Source: Bacteroidota bacterium
Lineage (GTDB): Bacteria > Bacteroidota > Bacteroidia > NS11-12g > UBA955
DNA length: 62,615 nt
NCBI GenBank assembly: GCA_027490055.1
Contig: JAIXYV010000011.1
Location: 1 to 62,615 of the forward strand
Reading direction: 5' to 3'
Below the pieces are notes generated by a model. The model ran no database searches, had not been told where the DNA came from, and was given only the letters and a program-made list of their open reading frames with translations. Within the stretch, counting starts at the first letter, position 1, and every line of letters begins with the position of its first letter. Position numbers and translations under genes: made by a program. This document shows, piece after piece, positions 18,255-29,061 of this stretch.

Positions 18255-19661
18255 TTGAGTGCGTTCGCCAAAGGTATATTGTCTAACCTGTTCTCTAAAA
18301 CGGCTGTCGCCGGAATAGGTCTGCTGACTGTTATCGTGGTATCGCGATTTCTTGGTGCCGAAGGTAGGGGAGAAATTGGCTTGTTTATGTCGACTGTAGC
18401 CCTGGTGCAATTGATATGTGATTTTGGTAATAGCACAGCAATCATCAATCTATCGTACAAACACAATAACAAAAACCTTTGGCTCAGTAGTCTCATTTGG
18501 ATCGCTCTGATCTGTCTCTTAACCTTTCCTGTTTTATTACTGTTTAGTCACCTGCCTTTTGTATGGCTCATTCCGCCCGCTGCTTTCCTGTATTCTATAA
18601 TTAATCTGAACCATTTAATTTTAATGGGCAATCAGAAAGTACATTTGAGAAATACTAGCCTTTTGGTTTTTCCAGTGGTCTTACTAATTCTGTTTTTCGT
18701 GCTCTCTAATTTAATCGGATTTAAACAATCAAATTATATTATTGCTTTATTTGTAGCGCTTATTGTGTCGGTCATTGTATCGTACTCAATGTGCAGTAAA
18801 CACTTAAAATCTGAACAGCCTTTTGCTTTCGAGCGCGAAATTCTCAACAAGGGTTTCTGGGCTCAGAGTGCACAAGCAGTGCAGTTTTTTAATTACCGTC
18901 TAAACTTCTTTTTACTGGCGTTTTTTATTCTCGATGCTGCATTGGCTAACTACGCCATAGGTGTATATAATAATGCCATAATTCTCTCTGAGTCGGTTTG
19001 GATTCTGGGGCATAGCATCGCACAAATGCAACACATGAAGATGCTCAATACCGAGAGTTTGGAACTAAATTTTAAACTGACCAATCAAATGGCTTATCTC
19101 AATTTCTTTGGAACGCTATTGCTAATGCTGGTTCTTATGCTGATTCCAGAAACTTTCTGGGGCAATTTGTTTAGCGCCGACTTTATTCAAATCCGCCAGT
19201 TGTTCATGATCACGGTTCTGGGTGTTATCTCATTTGGCTTATCCAATATTTTGAATCATGCTTTACATGCGGCTTCCAGATTCAAAGCAATTTTATTTTG
19301 TAACCTTATAGGCTTATTCGCTGGTGCCTACACGGCCTTGGTGTTTATTCCCAATTATCAGTTGATGGGCGCTGCTGCAGCGTGGAGCATCGGTCTCTTT
19401 GTCTCAATGCTCAGCTATATTCTGGTGTATTTATACCATCATGTAAAGTTTGTTGCTATCAATACTTTATTCGTGCAGGCCATATTGTCGATGCTTGTTT
19501 TTCTTGCGAGTATCAGCATGTTTAGATATCTGAATCTTTGTTCTGAATTACATTTTATTCAGCGTTTCTGTATCTCTCTCAGTGCAGCACTCTCAATAAG
19601 TGTCGTTTTAAATTTGATAGCCACTAAATTAATGTATGGAATTAAGCGGCATAATTCTTAA
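18255..19661 (+). CDS. Polysaccharide flippase-like (Wzx/MOP superfamily) membrane protein
   Basis: SRFLGAEGRG, IGVY, GAAAA and 12-14 hydrophobic segments. Confidence 0.75.
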   Translation: MSAFAKGILSNLFSKTAVAGIGLLTVIVVSRFLGAEGRGEIGLFMSTVALVQLICDFGNSTAIINLSYKHNNKNLWLSSLIWIALICLLTFPVLLLFSHLPFVWLIPPAAFLYSIINLNHLILMGNQKVHLRNTSLLVFPVVLLILFFVLSNLIGFKQSNYIIALFVALIVSVIVSYSMCSKHLKSEQPFAFEREILNKGFWAQSAQAVQFFNYRLNFFLLAFFILDAALANYAIGVYNNAIILSESVWILGHSIAQMQHMKMLNTESLELNFKLTNQMAYLNFFGTLLLMLVLMLIPETFWGNLFSADFIQIRQLFMITVLGVISFGLSNILNHALHAASRFKAILFCNLIGLFAGAYTALVFIPNYQLMGAAAAWSIGLFVSMLSYILVYLYHHVKFVAINTLFVQAILSMLVFLASISMFRYLNLCSELHFIQRFCISLSAALSISVVLNLIATKLMYGIKRHNS

Positions 19662-19671
19662 GTTTGCGTTT

Positions 19672-21972
19672 ATGTTTTTTCGTTTTTCCTTATTGTTTTT
19701 ACTAACAGGATCTGTTTTCTCTCTCTCTGCTCAGAATGGTGGTGTTAAGGGTTATGTCAAAGATTCAAAAACTGGTGTTGAAATAGATAATGCTCAGGTG
19801 TCTGTCAAAGGTACCGATGTGCAGGTGTCTACTAACTCCGAGGGCTATTACATCATCAATGGATTGGCTCCAGGTGTTCATACCATCATTGCCACTATTC
19901 CCAATTACAAACCTGATTCATTTACCCTAACAGTTAAACCGGAAGTAATCAACGTCCATAATTTTTTCCTGGTGCCAGAAATCCAAACCATCGGCTCTGG
20001 TAAAATTGTCAACGTCAAAAAGAGAAGGAGAGAGGATGTCGATATTGGAGCGACTAAAATTAAGCCTTCTCAATTGTTTAAAATTCCAACAATCGGCGGT
20101 ACGCCAGATTTAGTGCAATATCTTCAAATCCTTCCAGGTGTTGTCTTTAGCGGCGACCAGGGGGGGCAGCTCTATATCCGCGGTGGTAGTCCGGTGATGA
20201 ATAAAATTACATTAGATGGCATGACCATTTATAACCCCTTTCACTCAATAGGTTTGTTCTCTATTTTTGATGTCGATCTGATGAAATCTGCTGATGTATA
20301 CTCGGCTGGTTTCGGAGTCGAATACGGTGGTAGAGTGTCAGCCATTGTTGATGTAAAAACCAGAGATGGTAATAAAAACAAACTGGCTGGTAATTTTTCT
20401 GCTAGTCCGTTTCTTGGTAAACTCTCTTTAGAGGGACCACTGAGAAAGTTTATTCCCGGTCGCGGTAGTAGTAGCTTTATTGTTTCCCTTAAAAACTCTT
20501 ACCTCGATCGCAGTTCTAAACTGTTTTATCAATATGCCGATCCATCTAAATTGCCTTATAATTTCAATGATTTGTATACCAAGTTTACTTTCAACTCGTC
20601 AAATGGTAGCAGCATTAAATTGTTCGGATTTAACTTCAGAGATAATGTCAATTTCCCTGGATCTACCAGCTATGGCTGGAAACAAAGTGGTTTAGGTAGC
20701 AGATTTACTCTTATACCAGAAGGTAAGCAATCTAAAATCGATGGCTTTATCACGTATTCTGATTATCAAATCGAACAAAAAGAACTCGATAACAAACCGC
20801 GTTCAAGCTCTATCAGTGGCTTAAACATGGGTGTTGTAGCTAATTCTTATAACAAGAAGGATGAAATCAAATACGGTTTTGAAGTGAATGCTTTTAGTAC
20901 CGATTTTTCCATTTTTAATGCCAATAACAGACAAATCTCACAGCAAGAATTCACCACAGAGTTATGCGGATTTGGTTTGTACAAATGGGTGCGCCAGAGA
21001 TTTACGCTCGAAGCAGGTACCCGTGTTCAATACTATGCCTCATTAGGAAATACCTCGTTGGAACCAAGAGTGAGCGGTAAATACTTATTGACTAAAAAAT
21101 TAATTTTTAAAGCAGCTGTAGGTAAATACTCTCAGAACTTATTGTCGGCTTTTAGTGATAGAGACGTTGTCAATTTGTTTTATGGTTTCTTATCGGGACC
21201 AGACAATCTTCAAAAGAAATTTAATGGCGAAGAGGTTAAGTCGCGCCTGCAATTGGCTCGTCATGCTGTTGCCGGATTCGATTACGACATCAACAAATAC
21301 AGTGAAATTGGCGTTGAAGGTTTTTACAAAAGCTTCGACCAGATTACCAATATCAACCGTGAGAAATTGTTTGATGACGATGGTAACTATTCTGTCTATT
21401 CAGAGAGATTGAAAAAAGACTATATCGTAGAAAGTGGTAATGCCTATGGTGCAGATATCAGATACAAATTCGACAATGTGAAGAGAGTGTATATCTGGGC
21501 TGTTTACTCTTTAACGTATGTCAATCGTTTTGATGGCCTCAATTCATACAGTCCGCATTGGGACAGAAGGCATAACGCCAACTTTGTCATGGACTATGTG
21601 CTTGACAAAAACAACCGCTGGTCGGCTAACCTTAGATGGAACTTTGGATCAGGCTTTCCTTTCACGCAAACACAAGGGTTTTATGAGAAGTTTGATTTCC
21701 AAAACGGACCAAGTACCAACTACGCCCAAACCAATGGTCAGCTGGGTATTTTATATGCCGGTTTCAACGAAGGAAGACTGCCAACCTACCACAGACTGGA
21801 TGGTTCTGTTCGATACAATTTCAAACCAAAGAATAACTTCAAAAGTTATATCGTGTTTTCTGTAACGAATATCTACAACCGCCAAAACATCTTCTATTTC
21901 GACAGAGTCAATTATACCCGTGTTAACCAATTGCCTGTACTACCTGCTATCAGCTACAGCGCTTCCTTCTGA
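19672..21972 (+). CDS. TonB-dependent receptor with an N-terminal carboxypeptidase-regulatory-like domain
   Basis: GYVKDSKTG, plug LQILPGV...LYIRGG, YGGRVS, RLPTYHRLD, terminal Phe. Start set at the ATG at 19672, just after TAAGTTTG. Confidence 0.88.
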   Translation: MFFRFSLLFLLTGSVFSLSAQNGGVKGYVKDSKTGVEIDNAQVSVKGTDVQVSTNSEGYYIINGLAPGVHTIIATIPNYKPDSFTLTVKPEVINVHNFFLVPEIQTIGSGKIVNVKKRRREDVDIGATKIKPSQLFKIPTIGGTPDLVQYLQILPGVVFSGDQGGQLYIRGGSPVMNKITLDGMTIYNPFHSIGLFSIFDVDLMKSADVYSAGFGVEYGGRVSAIVDVKTRDGNKNKLAGNFSASPFLGKLSLEGPLRKFIPGRGSSSFIVSLKNSYLDRSSKLFYQYADPSKLPYNFNDLYTKFTFNSSNGSSIKLFGFNFRDNVNFPGSTSYGWKQSGLGSRFTLIPEGKQSKIDGFITYSDYQIEQKELDNKPRSSSISGLNMGVVANSYNKKDEIKYGFEVNAFSTDFSIFNANNRQISQQEFTTELCGFGLYKWVRQRFTLEAGTRVQYYASLGNTSLEPRVSGKYLLTKKLIFKAAVGKYSQNLLSAFSDRDVVNLFYGFLSGPDNLQKKFNGEEVKSRLQLARHAVAGFDYDINKYSEIGVEGFYKSFDQITNINREKLFDDDGNYSVYSERLKKDYIVESGNAYGADIRYKFDNVKRVYIWAVYSLTYVNRFDGLNSYSPHWDRRHNANFVMDYVLDKNNRWSANLRWNFGSGFPFTQTQGFYEKFDFQNGPSTNYAQTNGQLGILYAGFNEGRLPTYHRLDGSVRYNFKPKNNFKSYIVFSVTNIYNRQNIFYFDRVNYTRVNQLPVLPAISYSASF

Positions 21973-22054
21973 TAATTGCTCATAAAAAAGGACAGTTCGG
22001 TATCAGTGTCTTGCACATTTTTTAGTACTTTTGCAGTCTATATCTGATATATAC

Positions 22055-23470
22055 ATGCAAGACTCAGTTTATCAACCTCAACACAAAGTAAGAATCGTTA
22101 CTGCTGCCTCTCTGTTCGATGGACACGATGCTGCCATCAATGTGATGCGCCGTATTATTCAGGCAACTGGATGCGAAGTGATTCACCTCGGTCACGACCG
22201 CAGTGCCGAAGAAGTAGTTGATACCGCCATTCAGGAAGATGCTAACGCTATTGCAATGACTAGCTATCAAGGTGGTCATAACGAGTATTTCAAATATATG
22301 CGCGATCTCCTTCAGCAAAAAGGTGCTGGCCATATCCGCATTTTCGGCGGTGGTGGTGGTACCATTCTCCCTGAAGAAATTAAAGATCTAGAAGATTACG
22401 GTATCACTAAACTGTATCACCCTGACGACGGACGTGCTCTGGGGCTTCAAGGGATGATCAACGACCTGGTGCAGAAGTCTGACTTCGCAACTGGTCATAA
22501 CATCAACTTCAATCTCGAACAAATCGTCGCTAAAAATCCTACCACTATTGCGCAAACCATCTCTTGTGCTGAAAACTACCCGGAGGATTTTGCCGCCTAT
22601 AGAACCTTATTGCAAGAACATATCGCCAAAATGGATAAAACTGCTCCCGTGCTTGGTATCACTGGTACCGGTGGCGCTGGTAAAAGTTCATTGGTTGACG
22701 AGTTTGTAAGACGTTTCTTATTCGATCTTAAAGATAAAAATATCGCTATCATTTCGGTAGATCCAAGTAAACGTAAAACTGGTGGCGCCCTTTTAGGGGA
22801 TAGAATCAGAATGAATAGCATCAAAAACTCAAGAGTCTACATGCGCTCTCTGGCTACCCGTCAGAGTAATCTGGCTCTAAGTAAACATGTCGATGATGCA
22901 GTGCTGATTCTGAAAGCTGCTGGCTTCGATTTAATCATTCTTGAAACCAGTGGTATCGGTCAGAGCGACACAGAAATTACCGAACACAGCAACGTCGCCA
23001 TGTATGTGATGACACCTGAATACGGTGCCGCTACTCAACTCGAAAAAATTGATATGCTGGATTTTGCCGATATCATCGCTGTCAATAAATTTGATAAAAA
23101 AGGTGCTGCAGATGCGCTGAAAGATGTTAAAAAACAATTCCAACGCAACCATAAACTGTTTGATCAGGATCCTGAAACAATGCCTGTCTATGGTACTATT
23201 GCCTCTCAGTTCAATGATCCGGGCATGAATACGCTTTACAGAAATCTGCTCGATCTGATTGATGAGAAAACAGGATCAACTTTTAAATCCGATTTTCATG
23301 CTTCTGATGAAATGAGCGAAAAGATATTTATTATACCACCTTCAAGAAACCGCTACCTCAGCGAAATCAGTGAAACGGTTCGTAAATACAATTCATGGAC
23401 AGAAGAACAAGCAGAAATTGCTGAACAGTTATACCAATTGAAGGGTACTAAAGATATACTTTCTAAGTAA
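22055..23470 (+). CDS. N-terminal half of IcmF: cobalamin-binding domain plus MeaB-type GTPase, no mutase barrel
   Basis: [51 protein letters not shown]. Ends shortly after RYLSEI. The TACTTTTG promoter overlaps the track's TTG start. Confidence 0.88.
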   Translation: MQDSVYQPQHKVRIVTAASLFDGHDAAINVMRRIIQATGCEVIHLGHDRSAEEVVDTAIQEDANAIAMTSYQGGHNEYFKYMRDLLQQKGAGHIRIFGGGGGTILPEEIKDLEDYGITKLYHPDDGRALGLQGMINDLVQKSDFATGHNINFNLEQIVAKNPTTIAQTISCAENYPEDFAAYRTLLQEHIAKMDKTAPVLGITGTGGAGKSSLVDEFVRRFLFDLKDKNIAIISVDPSKRKTGGALLGDRIRMNSIKNSRVYMRSLATRQSNLALSKHVDDAVLILKAAGFDLIILETSGIGQSDTEITEHSNVAMYVMTPEYGAATQLEKIDMLDFADIIAVNKFDKKGAADALKDVKKQFQRNHKLFDQDPETMPVYGTIASQFNDPGMNTLYRNLLDLIDEKTGSTFKSDFHASDEMSEKIFIIPPSRNRYLSEISETVRKYNSWTEEQAEIAEQLYQLKGTKDILSK

Positions 23471-23500
23471 TCCCCATCTCATTAATCGATTCAACGACTC

Positions 23501-24868
23501 ATGTCTTTTTACAATAACATCCTCGAAACCATCGGTAATACGCCAATGGTAAAACTAAACCAGATTGTCGCCGACCTGCCTTGCACCGTTCTGGCTAAAA
23601 TAGAAACGACCAATCCTGGTAACAGTATCAAAGACCGTATGGCGCTTAAGATGATTGAGGATGCCGAAAAATCGGGTGCCCTTAAACCTGGTGGTACCAT
23701 CATCGAAGGTACAAGTGGAAATACTGGTATGGGTTTAGCGATTGCAGCAGTGATTAAAGGCTACAAATGTATCTTTACCACTACCGATAAACAAAGTAAG
23801 GAAAAGGTTGATGCGCTTAAAGCTTTTGGCGCCGAGGTCATCGTTTGTCCTACAGATGTGGATCCTGAGGATCCTCGTTCATACTACTCTGTGTCTTCAC
23901 GCCTGGTTAGCGAAGTGCCTAATAGCTGGAAACCGAATCAATACGATAATCCAAGTAATGCTTTGGCGCATTATGAGTCTACCGGACCAGAAATATGGGA
24001 GCAGACAGAAGGTAAAATTACCCATCTGGTTGTTGGTGTTGGTACTGGCGGAACCATCTGCGGTACTGGCAAATACTTAAAAGAAAAGAATCCTAATATT
24101 AAAGTTTTGGGTATCGATACCTATGGCTCTGTGTTCAAGAAATACAAAGAGACCGGTATCTTCGATAAGAACGAAATCTATCCTTATATCACCGAAGGAA
24201 TTGGAGAGGATTTTCTGCCGGCTAACGTCGACTTCAGTATCATCGACCATTTTGAAAAGGTGACCGATAAGGATGCTGCCGTGTATACGAGATTAATTCC
24301 AAGAACCGAAGGTATCTTTGTTGGAAACAGCGCTGGTTCTGCCATTGCTGGTATGTTGCAGATGAAACACATGTTCAAAAAGGACGATGTGGTAGTGGTG
24401 ATTTTCCACGATCACGGCACGCGTTACCTGGGCAAAATGTATAACGAAGACTGGATGAGAGACCGCGGATTTATTGAGTCTAAGAAACCAGCAACGGCCA
24501 TCGACCTGATCCAAAAACACAAAAATCTGAAACTGTTGACGGTTAAAGATACTCAGGCTGTAAGAGAAGCGTATGACATCATGAAAAAATACGATGTGTC
24601 TCAGATTCCTGTAGTAGATAACAGCGGCGCCTTTGTTGGCAGCTTAAGCGATACCGAATTGTTCGAAACATTGATTGAGCAACCTGAACTGAAATCAGCC
24701 GAAATCAAACAAGTGATGCAAGCGCCTTTCCCTATGGTGAAAGCCAATACCAGTATCGAACAAGTATCTAAACTGATTAACAAAAACAATCAGGCTGTGC
24801 TTATGGTCGATTTAGGCGGTAACACCCACATCATTACTAAGTATGATGTGATCGATAGCGTGGCTTGA
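23501..24868 (+). CDS. Cystathionine beta-synthase / cysteine synthase with a C-terminal CBS pair
   Basis: IGNTPMV, NPGNSIKDR, TSGNTG, GVGTGGT, EGIG; CBS domains SQIPVVD and IITKYD. Confidence 0.9.
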   Translation: MSFYNNILETIGNTPMVKLNQIVADLPCTVLAKIETTNPGNSIKDRMALKMIEDAEKSGALKPGGTIIEGTSGNTGMGLAIAAVIKGYKCIFTTTDKQSKEKVDALKAFGAEVIVCPTDVDPEDPRSYYSVSSRLVSEVPNSWKPNQYDNPSNALAHYESTGPEIWEQTEGKITHLVVGVGTGGTICGTGKYLKEKNPNIKVLGIDTYGSVFKKYKETGIFDKNEIYPYITEGIGEDFLPANVDFSIIDHFEKVTDKDAAVYTRLIPRTEGIFVGNSAGSAIAGMLQMKHMFKKDDVVVVIFHDHGTRYLGKMYNEDWMRDRGFIESKKPATAIDLIQKHKNLKLLTVKDTQAVREAYDIMKKYDVSQIPVVDNSGAFVGSLSDTELFETLIEQPELKSAEIKQVMQAPFPMVKANTSIEQVSKLINKNNQAVLMVDLGGNTHIITKYDVIDSVA

Positions 24869-24870
24869 TT

Positions 24871-27078
24871 TTAAAGCTTGCTTACTAACTCAGCACTATT
24901 TTCTCTCTTTTCTGCCTTATTCACCTGAATAGATGGTTTGTCTTCGGTTGGTGGATTTTCCTTGAGGACTTTTCCTTTACAGGTGTATACGTCTCCAGAT
25001 TTATCAATAACAAGAATCCCACTGGTGTTTTCTAAACTCATGGTAAACTGATAGGCAGGAAAAGTGTATGTGCCATTCGCAGATCTGTCTACAACATAAA
25101 CCGTCGTTATGTTTTCGATTTTTTTGCCTTCATAAATAAAATCTGCCTGGGTAATTACTAAAGGATTTTTGATTCTGTATATCTGATCACAGTTAAAAAA
25201 GCCCAAAACTTTGATATCTATCTTGTATTCATTGTTGTAACCATTGATTTCTGTCTTGCTTGTACTATATATGTCATCGCTATACCTACCTGAGCTCATT
25301 TGTATTTTATTAATTTCTAAATTAAAATATCGGGCTTTTATATTCAGCAAACGCTGATACTTACGAAACTGTCGTATAAAACTGATGTTTTTTACCATTG
25401 TACCCTTGGCATTGGTGCGATAAGTTTTAAATCGTAATTCAGTAAATCCGGTACTTGATTTTAACTCGATAATGCCATAATTGTCGCCTGGCTCATAATA
25501 GATTCTGATATCATTGTATACCTTGTTTTTCTTGTAAAGTTCTCTGAATTTAGTACTCTTCATATACTCCTCTAACTCAAATTCAAAATTATCAAATGCT
25601 CGAAGTTCTGGAAAGCAGTATTCCATTAAGCTTTTGGTTTGATTCGTTCTGCTTAAGTTAAAACTGATAAATAATTTTGGATTGTCTTTATCTGTAAGTT
25701 CTGCTCTTGTCAGAATTTTTACGAGGTTTCTATTCGCTCTAATTTTGTCTTTTTGAGCCTTAGCGTTCTTACGCATTTTCATTCTGATATAGTTCCTTTT
25801 ACTAGTGCTCAGATCCCATTCTACTGTGCCATTGCTTATTTTTTCAGGTAAAACATTGACACATTTTAAGTTGTTGTACCGATCTTCAAAGCTGGTTTTA
25901 TCCAGATATTCACTATAAGACATTGTTCTCTGAGAAAGTCGCAATATCCTGTTAATACTGGTCCACTTGCCTGTTTGATCATTAATCTGATACAAATTGT
26001 AGTTTGTGGAATCGGATCTGGTTGGAAAGTTTAAACTAAGCGATGTGCCATTCTTAATCTGCAATTCTTCATTGCCGGCATAGGCTCTGATCTCGAACAT
26101 GCCATTGGTTTTAAAGAGATTCTTCTGTCCGCCTGAATCAAAATCCATAGGGATGCCACTGCTTAAAATTTCTTCAGGGGTACGTATACTGCGATAGGCA
26201 ATAGTGATGTCTTCAGTTACTGTTTTACCATTCTTGTCAATAAAGGCTCCTGATGGAATGCTTAAAACAGACTGATCGTTAAAAGCCAAATAGGTAGTTG
26301 TGTTCGGGTCTATTAATACAGATTGTTCATTGCTTGTCACTGGTCGCAATGGCTTAAATCCATTCGGCGTTTTAAAAATGTTTTCAGATCTTACAGTTTG
26401 TACACCGCCTCTTCTAAATGTGCTTCTCTGATAGGTGCTTGCTCCTGGAATATTAGTCATAACAACTGCCTTCATCGAGTCGGTACTCAAATCACAATCG
26501 GAACAATATGATGAGATATAGATTCTTTTGTTTCTGTTGTTGCTGTCGTTATAACCCAAAACAATCTCAGTTGCACCCAGTGTTTGCATCGGTTCGCAAA
26601 GCAGTTCTGTTTCGTTGTAACTCACTTTACTAAAAAGACTGAGCGGAATTTCATGAATGCTTAAATTGGTAAAGCCTGCACATTCCAGATGGGGTAAGAG
26701 ATTAAGTGATGAGAGGTCCTGATAGGTTTTGTTCTGATTAAATAAACGAATTGTTTTGATTGTCTGGAGGTACTTTAACTCCGAAAGTTTCAATGAATCG
26801 CCGTTGAAATATAACTCCAGAGTTTCCAGCTGTGGCAGTTTGCCAAGCAGACTCAGGCATTCTGTATTTTGAGAAATGCTGTTGGATGTTATGTTCATCT
26901 TTACACCCGTAATTGGATATTTACTCTGAATCAATTTATAGAGTTTTTTCATATCACCCGGCATAGTTAACTGTATGTTTTCAGTAGTCTTGCCTGCTTT
27001 GCTGACAGGGGTGTAAATCTCCTGTGCACTAACTTTGATACAGCAAAATAATAAAAGAAGTAGTGTGTATGATTTCAT
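24871..27078 (-). CDS. Large exported hypothetical protein with an LRR-like N-terminal region
   Basis: Signal peptide; LPQLETLEL / LQTIKTIRL / LPHLECAGF repeats; GMFEIRA and LGFFNCD motifs. Confidence 0.65.
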   Translation of the reverse strand: MKSYTLLLLLFCCIKVSAQEIYTPVSKAGKTTENIQLTMPGDMKKLYKLIQSKYPITGVKMNITSNSISQNTECLSLLGKLPQLETLELYFNGDSLKLSELKYLQTIKTIRLFNQNKTYQDLSSLNLLPHLECAGFTNLSIHEIPLSLFSKVSYNETELLCEPMQTLGATEIVLGYNDSNNRNKRIYISSYCSDCDLSTDSMKAVVMTNIPGASTYQRSTFRRGGVQTVRSENIFKTPNGFKPLRPVTSNEQSVLIDPNTTTYLAFNDQSVLSIPSGAFIDKNGKTVTEDITIAYRSIRTPEEILSSGIPMDFDSGGQKNLFKTNGMFEIRAYAGNEELQIKNGTSLSLNFPTRSDSTNYNLYQINDQTGKWTSINRILRLSQRTMSYSEYLDKTSFEDRYNNLKCVNVLPEKISNGTVEWDLSTSKRNYIRMKMRKNAKAQKDKIRANRNLVKILTRAELTDKDNPKLFISFNLSRTNQTKSLMEYCFPELRAFDNFEFELEEYMKSTKFRELYKKNKVYNDIRIYYEPGDNYGIIELKSSTGFTELRFKTYRTNAKGTMVKNISFIRQFRKYQRLLNIKARYFNLEINKIQMSSGRYSDDIYSTSKTEINGYNNEYKIDIKVLGFFNCDQIYRIKNPLVITQADFIYEGKKIENITTVYVVDRSANGTYTFPAYQFTMSLENTSGILVIDKSGDVYTCKGKVLKENPPTEDKPSIQVNKAEKRENSAELVSKL

Positions 27079-27111
27079 AATTTTATAACGACGAACTTAA
27101 CTAAAAAATTA

Positions 27112-27141
27112 CAGGCCTTTCAAAGAAATTTGAAAGGCCTG
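27112..27141. terminator. Hairpin terminator downstream of the deoxyhypusine-synthase-like gene
   Basis: CAGGCCTTTCAAA-GAAA-TTTGAAAGGCCTG (13-bp stem). Confidence 0.8.
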
Positions 27142-27167
27142 CTTTAATATTGTTGAAGGAGTATGAA

Positions 27168-28142
27168 TTACCAGCCTAAAATCCATGCGAACATCAGCGG
27201 TGCCACGATGGTAGCATCACTTTCTACAATGAATTTTGGTGTGTGAATATCTAATTTACCCCAGGTGATTTTCTCGTTTGGAACGGCACCTGAGTATGAT
27301 CCGTAGCTGGTAGTAGAGTCAGAGATCTGACAGAAATAACTCCAGAAAGGCACATCATGCCACTCTAGATCCTGATACATCATCGGTACAACACAGATAG
27401 GGAAATCGCCGGCAATACCGCCACCAATCTGGAAGAAGCCTACGCCTTTACCTGAACTGTTGGCTCGGTACCATTCGGTTAACCATACCATATACTCGAT
27501 ACCACTCTTCATGGTAGAAGCTTTGATTTCGTTTTTGATGACGTATGAAGCGAAGATATTACCCATGGTACTGTCTTCCCATCCTGGAACAACGATTGGT
27601 ATATTCATCTGCGCAGCCGCTAACATCCAACTGTCTTTTGGATCGATTTCATAGTATTGCTCTAATTCGCCACTCAATAAAATCTTGTACATGTATTCGT
27701 GCGGAAAATAACGCTCGCCTTTATCGTCGGCGTCTTTCCAAACTTTATGGATATGCTTTTGCAGTCTTCTGAAAGCTTCTTCTTCAGGAATACAAGTGTC
27801 GGTAACACGGTTGTAGTGGTTTTCCAGAAGATCCCATTCCTCTTGCGGACTTAAGTCGCGGTAGTTGGGAACTCTCTTGTAGTGCGAATGCGCTACCAGG
27901 TTCATGATATCTTCTTCGAGGTTGGCACCCGTACAGCTGATGATGTCTACTTTACCTTGTCTGATCATCTCAGCCAGTGATAAGCCGAGTTCTGCGGTAC
28001 TCATAGCACCCGCTAGGGTTATCATCATTTTACCACCTTCGGTAAGATGGGTTTCGTATCCTTTGGCGGCATCCATCAATGCTGCAGCATTGAAATGTCT
28101 GTAATGATGCTCGATGTAATTTGAAATTGGACCTTTACTCAT
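27168..28142 (-). CDS. Deoxyhypusine-synthase-like protein (probably homospermidine synthesis)
   Basis: TGANLEED, QIGGGIAGD, GSYSGAVPNEKITWGK, SDATIVAPL. Confidence 0.9.
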   Translation of the reverse strand: MSKGPISNYIEHHYRHFNAAALMDAAKGYETHLTEGGKMMITLAGAMSTAELGLSLAEMIRQGKVDIISCTGANLEEDIMNLVAHSHYKRVPNYRDLSPQEEWDLLENHYNRVTDTCIPEEEAFRRLQKHIHKVWKDADDKGERYFPHEYMYKILLSGELEQYYEIDPKDSWMLAAAQMNIPIVVPGWEDSTMGNIFASYVIKNEIKASTMKSGIEYMVWLTEWYRANSSGKGVGFFQIGGGIAGDFPICVVPMMYQDLEWHDVPFWSYFCQISDSTTSYGSYSGAVPNEKITWGKLDIHTPKFIVESDATIVAPLMFAWILGW

Positions 28143-28240
28143 GTCGATTTATTTGCCGCAAAAATAGACAAAAAAGTGTAAACTCTTTGTTAAGATTGTG
28201 ATGCGTGGATAATATGGAGGGCTTTAGAAAAACGCGGTCT

Positions 28241-28978
28241 TTATTTGGTAACAATAAAGGCTGCCTGGTAGTAATTGTTCACTGCACCAATTAGCTTGAA
28301 CTCGCGGTAGAAGGTCTTCTGGAAAATTGATAAAGCGTAATATTCGTGGTTTGGAACATTAAATTCGTCAAACAAAACAATGTCGCCAGGTTTTAAATAG
28401 TTAGATAAACTGCTGAGGGCATATAGTGTAGATGAGAACAAATCGGCATCTAAGTGCACCACTTTGCGCTTGCCCGTATCCATTGGGTGTGTCTTGATAA
28501 AATCAGGTAATGTGTCCTGGAATAAGCCTTTGAAGAAATGCACTCTGTTGTCGTCGATGTCCGGAATATTGGCACTCATGGCCCCTTTTTTAAAGGCTGT
28601 TCCCCAGTCTTCAGGTAAACCTTCGAAGGTGTCAAAACCGTAAAAAGCAGTGTCGGTATTTTTGTTTTGCTCAACCCACCATTTCATAGAAGCACCTCTG
28701 CAAACACCAAATTCTAAGTAATCGAAGGCGCTGTCTTTTAAACCTTGCTTTTCCATTACATCCTGGTATAGGTTGTAACGTCTGCTATGGTCGCGCTTCC
28801 AGGTGAAATAATCATTAAGGATGGTTTTATCTTTCTGTGCGGCAATAAATTTTGTTAAGCCAAGGACATTGTGAAAAAACAGGGTAGGGTGACTTAAAAA
28901 GCCGAGCCATGTGCCCGGACGGGCCATTAATACAAGGCCTTTAGCAGTTACATTAAGGGTTTTGAGTAGATTGCTCAT
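28241..28978 (-). CDS. TylF/MycF-family O-methyltransferase
   Basis: YLEFGVCRGAS, GFDTFEGLPE, KGLFQDTLP, VHLDADLFSS, LFDEF. Confidence 0.88.
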   Translation of the reverse strand: MSNLLKTLNVTAKGLVLMARPGTWLGFLSHPTLFFHNVLGLTKFIAAQKDKTILNDYFTWKRDHSRRYNLYQDVMEKQGLKDSAFDYLEFGVCRGASMKWWVEQNKNTDTAFYGFDTFEGLPEDWGTAFKKGAMSANIPDIDDNRVHFFKGLFQDTLPDFIKTHPMDTGKRKVVHLDADLFSSTLYALSSLSNYLKPGDIVLFDEFNVPNHEYYALSIFQKTFYREFKLIGAVNNYYQAAFIVTK

Positions 28979-29061
28979 GGTTAAATGAATCGCAAAAGTA
29001 AGTTTTTAATTGATAAAAACCATTCTTAAAACAAGGCGAATTTGGAGCTGATGCGAACAAC

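Noticed and set aside
16400-18496. Long antisense ORFs (16400-17017, 17874-18410 and others)
   Set aside because: Shadow frames opposite well-supported genes, with no motifs; the same applies to the other short overlapping ORFs in the track
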